A DNA stretch of 63,198 nucleotides, filler included, from Reclinomonas americana ATCC 50394 (lineage: Eukaryota): NCBI GenBank assembly GCA_048213135.1. It is 16 parts of 16 records of this genome, joined end to end, with 100 filler letters (N's around TTAATTAATTAA, not from the genome) between each part and the next. Parts side by side here need not be neighbours in the genome. Positions count along the whole stretch, not along the records: positions 1 to 2,002 come from AFZH01021569.1; positions 2,103 to 3,447 come from AFZH01021570.1; positions 3,548 to 7,366 come from AFZH01021571.1; positions 7,467 to 10,337 come from AFZH01021572.1; positions 10,438 to 12,174 come from AFZH01021573.1; 11 more parts are not named here. The stretch is one strand, 5' to 3'. A program made the position numbers and the translations under genes. The number at the start of each line of letters is the position of its first letter. Position 1 is the stretch's first letter. Positions 1-12,033 of this stretch are shown here, one piece after another. The notes under the pieces were generated by a model. That model did not search any database and was not told the origin of the DNA. It worked only from the letters and a program-made list of their open reading frames with translations.

Positions 1-145
1 GCGCTGCATAAAGCATGCAGGCAATGGAGGCTTGTTGCGTGTGACCGTGCACGCAACGAAAGAGGAAATCATTTCGACAACATTCTTTTTTTTTTCAGCG
101 TTTTTGTGAGCCAAGCTCGTCACCCTTCCAATCAACAACAACAAA

Positions 146-1149
146 ATGGCGTCTCGTGTCATCAGTGGACTGAAGAAGACCCCCGAGCTGTTGCGTGATG
201 AGAGAAAGAGACAGAGAGAAAGAGTTGTGTGTGTGACGCTCTCTGTCTTTCTCTCTCCTTTCTCACATGTTTGTGCTTGTATACACACACGCATACACTC
301 ACTATGCGTGTCTCTCTCACACACGCACGCACATGCACACAACAATCTCTCTTCGCACGTTTTCCAATCATTCTTTCTTCCTTTTGCCCTTTCTCGTCTC
401 TTTCTCTCTTTTCTCTCTTCTCTTCACACACACACACACGCACACTCTCTTCCACACACACACACACACGCACTCTTCTGTGCACGCGCGCGCGCAAGCA
501 CCACAATCGGTTTCCAATCATTATTACTCCTCTCTTCCTTTTACCTTTCTCTCTCTTTCCTCTCTCACAAACGCACTGTCTCCCTCTCCTGTGTGCACAC
601 ACAAGCGCACGTGCTTCCACCTCTGTATGTGTGCGTGTGTGTGTGTGTGTCAGTTCGATTTGCGTGTCTTCCCTTTTCCCTTTCCGCTCACTTTCACTCT
701 CTTCTCTCTCACACTCACTCTCTCCCGCACACACACACTCGTCACCCTTACTGCACCCTTCTCATCCCTTTCTTTTGCGCGCGCTCTGTTTTGCGACATG
801 GCGAAAAAATGGCTCACTCGCGCAAACACACACTCACAGGCAGCCGTTGGCGTTCTTCTCGCTCTTCGCCCTGGGCCTGAGCGGCGGCTACATTGCCCGC
901 ACCCTGTCCAAGGTGAGCAAACAAAAACAAAACAGAAGAAGTTGTTGTTGTTTTCGAGATGGCGCTCATCAGTCACTCTCTCTTTGTCTTTGTGCAGCAC
1001 CCCGAAGTCGTGTTGCGTACAACACACACGCACACACACACACACACACGCACATACACACACACACGCTGAGAGAAAGAGAGAGCAAAGTGCACAAGGT
1101 GACCTTATCAATCGCCTTTCTCACAAACTTGCACTCACACTTTCTTCTT

Positions 1150-1180
<31 letters not shown>

Positions 1181-1337
1181 ATGCAGTGTGGACCGCGCCA
1201 ACCCTGAGCCGTGGAACGGCGTGCAGGGCGACACCAAGTTCCCGGCCGCCAAGTGGCCGGAGCAGTACAAGAACACTGTCGGCGGTGTGCAGATGTGGGG
1301 TGTGCTCAATGAGCGCATGACCCGCCCGCGCAGCTAA
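146..1337 (+). CDS. NDUFA4: NDUFA4/COXFA4 (MLRQ)-like mitochondrial small membrane protein, 4 exons (146-189, 840-912, 998-1011, 1187-1337), 93 aa
   Basis: Spliced product MASRVISGLKKTPELQPLAFFSLFALGLSGGYIARTLSKHPEVVVDRANPEPWN... matches the KKHPxLxPL / TM / PDV..DR.NPEPWN pattern of NDUFA4. Exons sum to 282 nt with GT-AG introns. Confidence 0.85.
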
Positions 1338-1485
1338 AACGCTGCTTGAATTGTGTTTTTGTGTGTGTGCGCGCCTCCTCTTTGTGTGTTTCGCTCGCTG
1401 TCGGTGGGTGGCGTTGAGAGGCATCGCAACGAACAATGTAAAACGAGAGGCAACACCCTATTACTCGTGGAGTGGAGAAGACAAG

Positions 1486-1624
1486 TGCGGTATTTGTGTA
1501 GAAGCTGGAAGCTTGCAATGTCAACTATGCCAAGACATCAAACAACAGCTGCTTGTCTCTGCAGCGACTGTTTTATCCGGACCCACAGCGATCACGTGGT
1601 TCCGGTGTCGAAAACTGAACTAAA
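1486..1624 (+). pseudogene. B-box-type zinc-finger coding segment interrupted by an apparent frameshift
   Basis: One frame gives CGICVEAGSLQCQLCQDIK, the adjacent frame continues ACLCSDCFIRTHSDHVVPV (CxxC..CxxC..CxxC..HxxH). The shift falls at an A-run near 1540. Confidence 0.5.
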
Positions 1625-1664
1625 GGTCGGTGCACTTACTCCTTCGCCTCAGTTTCCGGTGATT

Positions 1665-1980
1665 ACTCAAGACGGTGATCACCTTGGAGGTTGTTGTTTT
1701 TTTGCGTGCAACGCAGTACCATCATGATCAATGCGCAAACAACACTCAAGACGGTGTTCGTCATGCTGTTGCTGTTGCATGCAACGCAGTATTGTCGGTG
1801 ATTCAGCCAGTGCCACTCCTCCCCCCTTCCACTCATTCATCTCAGTCGCTCACGCTCACTCAAGACGGCGATCACCATGAAGGTTGCAGTTGCATGCAAC
1901 GCAGTACCATCGACGACGCCGCTTCTCCCTCCAATGATCACCATGAAGGTTGCTGTTGCATGCAACTCTGTACCATCGAT
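1665..1980. repeat. Four degenerate ~50 bp repeats, three carrying the palindrome GTTGCATGCAAC
   Basis: caagacgg.gatcacc...gttgcatgcaacgcagtaccatc-like units recur near 1668, 1747, 1861 and 1936. Confidence 0.75.
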
Positions 1981-2102
1981 ACACGAACTGCTGCCGCTCT
2001 TTNNNNNNNNNNNNNNNNNNNNNNNNNNNNNNNNNNNNNNNNNNNNTTAATTAATTAANNNNNNNNNNNNNNNNNNNNNNNNNNNNNNNNNNNNNNNNNN
2101 NN

Positions 2103-5100
2103 GTTCTTATTGACAGCAACATTCGTGGAGGCACGGCGACGACGACGACGGCGACAGCACAGACGAATGACGCGCTGGGCGACACTAATGGCAATCGGGA
2201 TGCCCTGGAAGAGACCCACGCCGACCGCCAGCACCACGAGGCCGAGCAGGTTGCGCGTGTCGGTGGCCACCGACGAGGCCGCCACAATCAGCAGCGCCAT
2301 GAGGGTCACCAGGCCGGCCAGCTCCGACGTGTTGGCGCCAACGGCGTCGTACGGTTGGAACGCCACCTGCACGCCGACAAAGATGGCGAAGAGGAGTCCA
2401 AAGGCGAGTGGAAGCGCCGTGAAGGTGTTGAGTGGCACGAGGAAGCTGTTGTAGCACGAGTGAGAAGACCACAGACGAAAGACAATGATAGACAATTGGC
2501 GCACCGAAACAGAATCAGAACCAGGAGGGTGCGGAACGAGGAGTATGCCTGCCACCACGGCAGGGCACTCCTGTACGGTTCCCACATGACTTGTAGGAAC
2601 GACACAAACAAGGACGGCGGCTCTGTTGAGTCGCCGGAGGGAGCCTGTCGTATTCTCCGTCGCACGAGCACAATGCTGACGACCAGCACCACCGGTATGA
2701 TGCCCCAGAGGATGGCCAGCGTGAGGAACAGCGGCTCCCACTGTTGTGATGCAATGTCAGCTACCCCTCACTCCTCTCTTGCCAACAAAGGGTGACGAAA
2801 CTCGAGTGAAATCTGTTGAACTGCAGTCGATCGAGGCGTATAGGGCGTTGTAGGAGCCAGCGTCGCCCACAGATCGGCATGTGAAGAAGACTGTGCATCG
2901 CGCGTGTAAAACTAGCGAAGAATGGCGAATGAAGAAGGCGCACAGTCACACAAACCTAATGAAGCCTGTAGGGGAGCAAGTGAACGCGCATATGACCGGG
3001 TCAGTACAGACAAACACGCACGAAGACAGAGAGGTAGACAGCCAGCATGCCCGACAGACAGCCAGGCAATCAGCCAGATTCACTAAGAATGACAGACGAA
3101 AACACACGGAAAGACAGACAGACGACCAGACAGGTACACAGGCTGACAGAAAGACTGTTCTCCCTTTCCTTGACTCTTCACCCACCAATTCTCTACTTCT
3201 CACTCGCCATTTTATGACAAATTGTCAGCTCTCCACCACGTACTGTTTGCACTCAGTGTCTTTCCCCTTACTCCCATCCCATTTTTTCCCCTCTCTCTTC
3301 CTTTCTCTCGTCTCCCTTGTGTATTCTTCCTCCCTTCCCCTCTGTTCCCCCTCGCCTTGCCCATTTCTTCCTTTCTCTTATCTCTTTCTCTCCTCGTTCC
3401 TCTCCATTCCTCAGTGTATCTTTCCCCTCCCCCTCACTCCCTTACCANNNNNNNNNNNNNNNNNNNNNNNNNNNNNNNNNNNNNNNNNNNNTTAATTAAT
3501 TAANNNNNNNNNNNNNNNNNNNNNNNNNNNNNNNNNNNNNNNNNNNNACACACACACACACACAGAGAGAGAGAGGTACTTATCTTCCCCCTCACTCCCT
3601 TGCAATTTCTTCCTCAGACACACACAGAGACAGACAGCACAAAACCAAAACACAAAGACAGAATACAACAGAGACACAGACAGACAGCCAGATACACACA
3701 CAGAGAGAGAGAGACAGGCAGACAGATACACAGAGAGACAGATAGACACAGAGACAAACAGAAAGACAGACAGACAAGAACATGCAAGCAAACAGAAAGA
3801 CAGACAAACAGCCAAAAAAACACACAGGCACACTGACACGCACTCACAGACACGCACGCATACAAGCAGACAGCTAGACAAGCAGATAGCTAGGTATAGA
3901 AAGACAAACACACACATACACACACACGCACACACAGTTGGACAAACACACAACCGAAAGAGAGGCAAATCGAAAAACAAAACCAGGAACGCCCACTCCC
4001 CCCCTCCCTCCCTTCCCCCATGCTCTCCCTTCCCCCATGCTCTCCCCCCTCCCTCCCCCTTCTCACGCAACATACACAATGGGGTTGTATGTGTTGATCA
4101 GAATAAATGAGGTCGCTCGTACATACGTCCGCAGCGTGGCCGTGTGGATCACCATGTGCCGCAGTTTGGAGGCAAGCGACTGCGATCTGCCATCGATTCA
4201 ACGCACATGATGAGCTTTGCCAACACACAAACACTCAATCACTCGCGCAACTTGGCAGAATGCGGCGAATGACACGAGCGCAACAACGCCGCCACTCCAA
4301 TGTGAATGAAATACCACACCCACGCCTGCAATCCAGATAGGTGAGCACACGCAGGATAAGAAAGTGGTAACTATTCAGCATTGAAACGCACGTAAACAAA
4401 ATAGAGTAGTGAGGAGACGATTCGCACGAGCAGGTTGCCGTACGACGACGTCGGGAATGTACAATGCGCCGCCCCAAACGCCGACGTCTGCAGACTGAAC
4501 AGAAAAGACAGGCCCGTCGACAGCGCACCCGGATAAAAGGCAATGACTGCACACGCCACACGCGGTCAGAACTAGTCTTAAGTACAATGAGCAAAAGTCA
4601 CGAGATCGCAACTTCCGGTCTGCGCACACACATGGCAAGATGTGAGTTACACAAGAACTATACTGCATGTGCGCTCGCTCGCTCCCGCTCACCTGAATAA
4701 CAAAGAAAGCAATTCTGGCATACACACTGGGCGCACGCTGTGCGCCGGCAATGAGGACCAAGACCCACGCAAAGCTGGCGAGAATCGTGCCGGCCAGTTG
4801 GAGATCATTACGACCCGTGCACACTTGCGCGATAGTCAGCACGCCATCATTTCCAGACACGCATCTACTTTGTTTCAAACGCACCCACGCATTCATCCGA
4901 CCACAGTGAATAGCCCGGCAAGCAACCACCACACATTGGCGTGCGTGGATCGCGATTTGATCCAGGAGTGCACAAGAGTGGAACGGCCTCCGCCGTCGTC
5001 ACCACCGTTTGCACGACTGCACAGCCATTCAGTTCTCCCCACACAGCACAATGTGCAACGGTGAGGCAAGGATGCACATACCTCCGACAGGCGGATGTGC

Positions 5101-7315
5101 GCACGTGGCCGAGGGACACAACGCAACATTCAGCTCGCCGGTCTCCGGAGAAATACTGGCCCAGTAGTCTGTCTGCACGACGACATTCGCGCCGCCGAGA
5201 CACGTGATGCCAACCGGGCACGGCTGACATGCCGAGAGGCCACTCACAGCCGTGTAAAACTGGCGGCCATGATGCGCGTCAGCATAGTGGTACGGACTAT
5301 GTGGTGAGAAGAAACTGCAAGTGCGCAACTCCTGGTGAACACGGAATGCACCGACCACCACCGTTGACAGAAAATCCATCGCCCGGAGGACAAGTCTGCA
5401 TGAACGCAGTGTGAGGCAAAGCAAGAAAATGTGGGAAACAACAGCGCAGCCGCGTCACTCACTCTCACTCACTTCCACTCACTCTCCCTCACTCTCCTAC
5501 ACATTCACTCACTCACTCGCTTTCGGTCTCCCTCACATACACTCACTCACCCACTCACCCACTCACTCACTCACTCACTTCACTCACTCTCCCTCACAAA
5601 CACTCACGCACTCTCTCTCTCTCTCTCTCTCGCTCTCCCTTACACACATACTCACTCACCGTAATGTTCATCGTCCCATTCACCGGTGCGATACCCGACA
5701 CTGTGCTCCCAGAAAAAACATCTCAGTAACCGTGCACAGATTTTATCTCGCTATACCACGCACCGTCAGACGTTCCCGGCACCGACGTAATCTCAAACTG
5801 ACTGCCCGAGTTTGCTGAACCAACTGCCGTCGGAGAAAATGAGGCAGACGGTGATCCGGGAGTCGTGGTTACCACCAACACCTGTAAGAAAAAATGAGAA
5901 CGGAAAGGAATGCACCCACTTCGCGTGGTTGCAACTCAACTGACGGAGCGCACGACGGGCACGTCAGCCGCAGTGTGAGCGTCTGGTAGCTGTGTGCGAG
6001 TGGTCAGGCGGCCACTACTGCCCCAAATAAACGACAACATGCGTCACGTGCCTGACGGGTTGCAGGAACGCATCAACAGTGGTGACTGTGGTGTTGAATG
6101 GCACACCAGGAACGACCGACACTGTCGGCGATGCCAGCTCGAACATGTACACTCCTGCAACAATCAGAAGATGTGAGTCGCCTCGACGGTGTGTGAAGGT
6201 CAAGTTGGGCGCCGTACCAGTACTGTATGAACTGCCACTGGCGGCCACGTTGCCTGAGAATGTCGCGCCACTGAAAAGCACTCGTGTACCACAGTCCACT
6301 ACTGGCCTGTACCAAAAATAGTCAGGAATCACTCTCTCTCTCTCTCTCTCTCTTGCATCGCGCATGTCACAGAACTGCAGTGCGGCACCGGATATTCCCC
6401 ACGCAATCGCACCGCCTGTGCAACACAACAAACTTTAGGAAACGGGATTGGGAGAGATTGCAATGAAGATGGAGAGCGCGCAACCATTGGAGATGCTGCT
6501 GGTGACCGTATTCTGGAGGAAACTCGTGCGCGACTGGGCATTCAGCAAAAAGCCGAGACACGATTGCTGTACAATGTTAGCGTCTCCGAGAATGTACATG
6601 GCCCCGCCGCCTGACGTGCACGCATTAGAGAGAACATAGAATGAACGCATTGGTGTGCGTGCACACGGAACTGTTTGTCGCTGAGTTCGACTCGAAAAGG
6701 CACCCAGAGATGTATGGAGGCGTGTTGGAGGAGACGGCCAAAGCACCGCCGTTTAGCAGGGCCGTGTTGGCATTAAAGACACACTCCGTCAGCGTGAGAT
6801 TGGCCTGAAAGGTCGTCACAATGGCACCACCCATGTCGATGACATTGTTGTCGACAAACATCGAATCTTCGCGCATGTTAGGGCCTACAGTGGTGAAACA
6901 ATTCGTGGTGCAACACAGCTCACTTTGTACGATTGCGACAACTCGATCCGTCATATAAATCGCAGCGCCCTAAGTAGACACAGAATGAGCACAGTTCGCT
7001 CTGCTCGTGGCTGACTAAAGAGAAAAGAAACTCACATTCTGCGCCGCGTTGGAGTAGAACTGAGACGACGTCACAACCAGGACGGAGGCGTCGCGGCCAG
7101 TCAGTGCGCCATTCGTGACTGCAGCAAAGAGGAGTCGGCGACGTGACAAGCAACGGGAATTTGCCGATTCGCACACGACGCACCGCAATTGTTTGAACTT
7201 ACGCTTGTATTTTGAATGACAGCAGTGGCGTCGTCCATCAGGTAGACGGCACAGCCCTGTGCGCAGCAGTAACATTGTCAGTATTATGCAGTGATCGGTC
7301 ACCAAAGATACTCCA

Positions 7316-7366
<51 letters not shown>

Positions 7367-10173
7367 NNNNNNNNNNNNNNNNNNNNNNNNNNNNNNNNNN
7401 NNNNNNNNNNTTAATTAATTAANNNNNNNNNNNNNNNNNNNNNNNNNNNNNNNNNNNNNNNNNNNNCGGCTGTGTTCTCCACCAAAATGCAGCCCTGCAG
7501 CGTGATGCTGGAGTGCTCAAATATGGAAATCGCACCACCCGCAAAGACCGCAAAGCCATTGCTCATGGTGACATTCGTGCCCTGGTACGCCGAGCCCTGA
7601 GTGATGCTCACGTGACCACCTGCCAGTGTGCCCGCAATCGGCACACCCTGATTGATGTTCACAGGCTGCTTCTCCCTGCCATTGTACTGGAAGGTGCTAC
7701 CAACATCGGTGAGCTCCGACGCGCCGGTGAGCAACACGGCACCACCGAGAGCAGCAAAGTTCCCTGTCAACAACACGCATGTGAAATCAGCAGCGAGTGC
7801 GAGCGGCAATTGCGTGAAAGTATCAACCGTTAAAGGTCGCGTTGTTGTGCTTGACAGTAGTCGATTCAGTGTACGCCACAGCACCGCCATCCTGGCCACA
7901 CCAGTTGCTGTAAAACGTGCTGCTGGTAACTTGCAAGCCCTCGCCCTGTGAAAACAGGAGGCGGAGCAAGGATGAAAAGCTGCGCTTTGGTCATACCACA
8001 CACTAACATCACCAACCGCCAAAAACATGGCGCCGCCGTTGCTGGTGGCACTGTTGGCGATGAATGTGGATCCAACGACCATCGAGTACACTCCCGCCGT
8101 GGGGTCACTGTAGATCGCTCCTCCGTTGACTGGCGAGCCGGGAGTGCTTATGCCCTACGTATGTTTCCCCCAAAGGAAGATCAGCAGAGCGCATTGCACC
8201 CGCGGCAGCAACAGTGCACGCAACATTTGCTAGATTGCCACTAAACGTACAGTTGGTGATTGTGAAACCTCCTCCGAAATTGCCGGCGCCGCCTGCACAC
8301 CACATTGGCATGATTGCGTGTAAAAGCAGAGCGGAGAGCATTGCACGCCAGTGTTACCTTGAAAGGTCGCCATATTGCCAGTGAAAGTAGTGTTGGTGAG
8401 AACGACACCACCTGTCGTGAGGATTCCAGCGCCCTCGCCAGCCACGTTGCCACTGAACTGGCAACTGGTAAAGGTCATGATCTGCGCACTGCCTCCGGTA
8501 GCGAGAGTGGCGGAAGCACTGGCATAGATTGCCTATGCATATATAGAGGTCGATGATATGTGAGCACGGTTGGCACGAGGTGCTCTCTCTCTATAGTGCC
8601 CACAACAACTCACCCCGCCATCGCCACTTGGAGCACCATTGGCGAGAAAGGTGACGCCTGTGAACGTTGTCGGGATGGTAACGTTGGCTGTCGGGGCCAC
8701 AAATGCGATTGCACCTGTGCCGGAGAACACACTGTCACACGGATGTATGGGAAGCGAAGGGACGGGGGAGAGAAGGAGAGGAAGAGAGAGAAAGCAGGAG
8801 AGAAAGAGGGAGAGGGAGAGGGAGAGGGAGAGGGAGGGAGCGAGGGAGATAGAAGCAGGGGAGAAAGACGGAGAGAGAGAGAGAGCAGGAGAGAGAGCAG
8901 GAGACAAAGGGAAAAGGAGAGAAAGAGAGAGAAATAGGGAGAGATAGAGCGCGCGCGAATGAGGGAGAGAGAGAGACGGAGACGGAGAGAAGGAGAGAGG
9001 GAGACAAAGAGGGAGAGGGGGAGAGAGAAGAAGAAGAGAGACGGAAGAGAGAGGGAGAGAGAAGGGAAACAAGGAGAGAGACGGAAGAGAGAGAGAGAGA
9101 GGTGAGCGAGACACACCGCCATTGTTCTCCGACACGACGCTGTTGGAGTTGAATTGCCCGCCGGTGACTGTCATGGATCCAGAGGCAAAGAGTGCACCTT
9201 GGGAAACAGGAGGCTCATTGAGGAAGACCTCGCGACAAAAAAAAACCCGCGAGATAGGCACACCTCCAGCAGCGGAGCCAACGAGGGACGTCAGCGTATT
9301 GTTGAAGAACAGATTGTTGCTCATCACGAGGTACGTTCCGCTGTCCACAAACAACGCACCACCACCGACTGTCGAGTATGAACATCTGCAATCGAATGTA
9401 TGTGAGCTGTTGGCACGAAAAGAGAGAGAGAGCGACGAGTTCACGAAACTGTGACGACGACGAGGTGTACGACAACTGATTGCTGGAAAAGAACGAATTC
9501 AGGATTTGGATGGGCGCCCCGGTCGGCGTGGTGGAACCACTGAAATACAGAGCGCCACCACCGACGGCTGATTTTCGTGCATGTGTGCGAGTGTGTGAGC
9601 CGACGAAAACAAATGCTGAATGAGCAGAGAACTCAACTCTGCGCGCACGCCGAGCTCGACGACAACACATTGTTGGCAAACGTGGTGCTGTTCACGTACA
9701 GACCAACCGCATTGCACAAGGCCACTGCACCGCCGACCAAGTTCGGGTACGTGGTCGCAATCGACGGCGCTTGCATAATGTTGTTCAAAAACACGGTATT
9801 GGTGATGCTGATCATGGCGGGTCCATTCACCGACAGACCGGCGCCACCGACGCAGCTGACGGCGGCGAATGCCGCTGCGCCAAAAAAAAAATCAGTCAAC
9901 CAGAGTGACAAGACAGCGAGGCTGCTGCTCACCATTGGCGTTCTGGAATGATGAGCCGTTGACAGTGACAGTGCTCGGTGGCGCAACATTGAGACCAGGG
10001 TTGCCACCAAAGTTTGCCAGCACGGCCGAGGCGGTGGCGCCCGTAAAGGTGCAGTAGGAGATGGTCAGTTGGAGGGCTGCGAGGAATGGGGGGGGATGAA
10101 AGGGAAAGGGTGAGGGGAGAAGAGAAAGGGAAGGGGGGAGAGAGAGAGAGAGAGAAGGGCGAGAGAGAGAAGG

Positions 10174-10217
<44 letters not shown>

Positions 10218-10510
10218 GAGGACGGACGACGGACGACGGACGGGTAGGGGTAGGACGGAAGGGTAGGAGGGACGGAAGGAAGGAAGGAACGGTAAGGTAA
10301 GTTAGTAGGTAGGAGTAAGTAAGTAGGTAGGAGTAGGNNNNNNNNNNNNNNNNNNNNNNNNNNNNNNNNNNNNNNNNNNNNTTAATTAATTAANNNNNNN
10401 NNNNNNNNNNNNNNNNNNNNNNNNNNNNNNNNNNNNNGTACGTACGTACGTACGACGTACGTACGTACGTACGTACGTACGTACGTACGTAGTAGACGTA
10501 CGTAGAGTAC

Positions 10511-10553
<43 letters not shown>

Positions 10554-11881
10554 GGCGAGACACCGTGGGCAGTGGTGGCAAGGGAAGTGCGGAGAAGAGG
10601 ACGAGAAGTTGTATGGAGGGATAAGAATGGAGGTGGAGAATGAGCGACGCAGTGGCAAGAGAATGTACGGTGGGGGGATACACAGAAAGGGAAGTGGAGA
10701 CAAAAGGGCAAGGTGGCGAGGACGAGGTGAGGATTAATGAGACCAAGAAACAAGGGTGAACGATGGGAAAGATTGAGTCGAATGAAGGGGCTGGACGAGG
10801 AAGCGGTAGAGTGCAGGGGGCGCTGGTGAATGGAGAGACAGGAAAGTCAGACCAAGGTGGGAGATACAACCGGAAGAGATTGAATGAGAGACGAGAGGCA
10901 CGGTCGTGATGAATCAGGAAGCGGTGGCGAGGGCATGGGGAGCAAACAGAGGAGAGACCAGCAATGTGTTAACAGAGGGGCACCAGTGGAGAAACACCAA
11001 GTTGGGAGACACAGCGGGAAGAGATAGAGTGAGATGCGAAGGGAAGAGATGGACCAGCAAGGGTAGAGATGAGAGACAGATCAACAAACAGACGAAGGAA
11101 ACGAGATGCGAAAGTGTGTGCAGTTGAGATATGCAGAGAGAGAGAGAGAGAGAGAGAGGAAAGGGCGAGCAAGAGAGAAATGGGGAAAACTGTGAAGTGA
11201 GTGAGAACGAGGAAAAATGAGAGTGAGCGAGTGAGTGAGTCAGGTGCGAGGCAACTCCTCCTCCACTGACAACACCGAGAAACACTCACCAGTGGCCGTA
11301 ATCGCCACCAACGACGTCGGCGTCGTCAACTGCGCCAACGATCCACTGACAAACACAATCTCCGACAGCGTCACCATAGGCACCGTATTCCCCGGGATCG
11401 ACGCCATCGACAACAGACTGATCGCCGACGTGCTCGGTGTCGTCACCAACCAGCGCACCAGCGCATTGTCCACGGGAAACGCTTGTAATGTAATCGATGC
11501 TTTTATGTAGCGCAAGTCAGTCGCCCCGCCGAGGGTTTTCGGCGGGAACGAGGACGCAACTGAGTGATGGCAGTGAGACCGTGTCGGTGTAATTTCCGGC
11601 GGTCATGCATACGACACAGGCGGGTGTGATGGTGCCTACAGGACACTGCGCCAGGGCGTTTGTCACGGTGCATGGTGTGGTGGATGAGGTGCAGGGCGAC
11701 GTTGAAGTTGCGGAGGGTGCGGCATAGACTGTGTGTTTGTGTGTGTCAGTCACAGAGAGAGATGTGTGTGTGTGTGTTTGACGAAACACTGGCATGCGGG
11801 CGCGGAGGCGACGAGGAGAGGTATGTGGAAGAGGAGGAGGCACGTGGCTAGCGCCACTGTGAGAAGCCACGATCTTCTCAT
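2103..11881 (-). CDS. Large surface protein: signal peptide, Pmp-like GGA(I/L/V)/FxxN beta-helix repeats, Cys-rich CxxCxxG region, multi-pass TM C-terminus (many exons, spans gaps, 3' end in gap)
   Basis: Start [30 protein letters not shown] at 11881. Repeated FxxNxAxxGGAI motifs at 6000-10070, [19 protein letters not shown] motifs at 4850-5400, hydrophobic helices at 2100-4800. Confidence 0.8.
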
Positions 11882-12033
11882 CGCACTGGCATCGATGAAT
11901 GGCGATTGGCAGGGCATGGGACTAATGTGGACGTTCGCTATTCATTTTGTAACACACTTTCTCTCTCTTGCTTGCTTGCTCGTTGTCTCTCTCGCGTGCG
12001 AAGGTGCTGGTGACAGGGTGCGAGTCGAGGAGA

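Noticed and set aside
229..1320. Long ORFs rich in HTHT, LSLS, CVCV or ERER (many in the ORF track, e.g. most of 13507-15279)
   Set aside because: They are read-through of stop-poor (CA)n/(CT)n intronic microsatellites, not proteins.
1665..1980. CRISPR-like repeat-spacer appearance
   Set aside because: Repeats are degenerate, spacing is irregular, the context is eukaryotic and there are no cas genes.
2047..2058. Recurring TTAATTAATTAA palindrome-like motif (15 copies)
   Set aside because: It is always embedded in N runs and is an artificial six-frame-stop contig linker.
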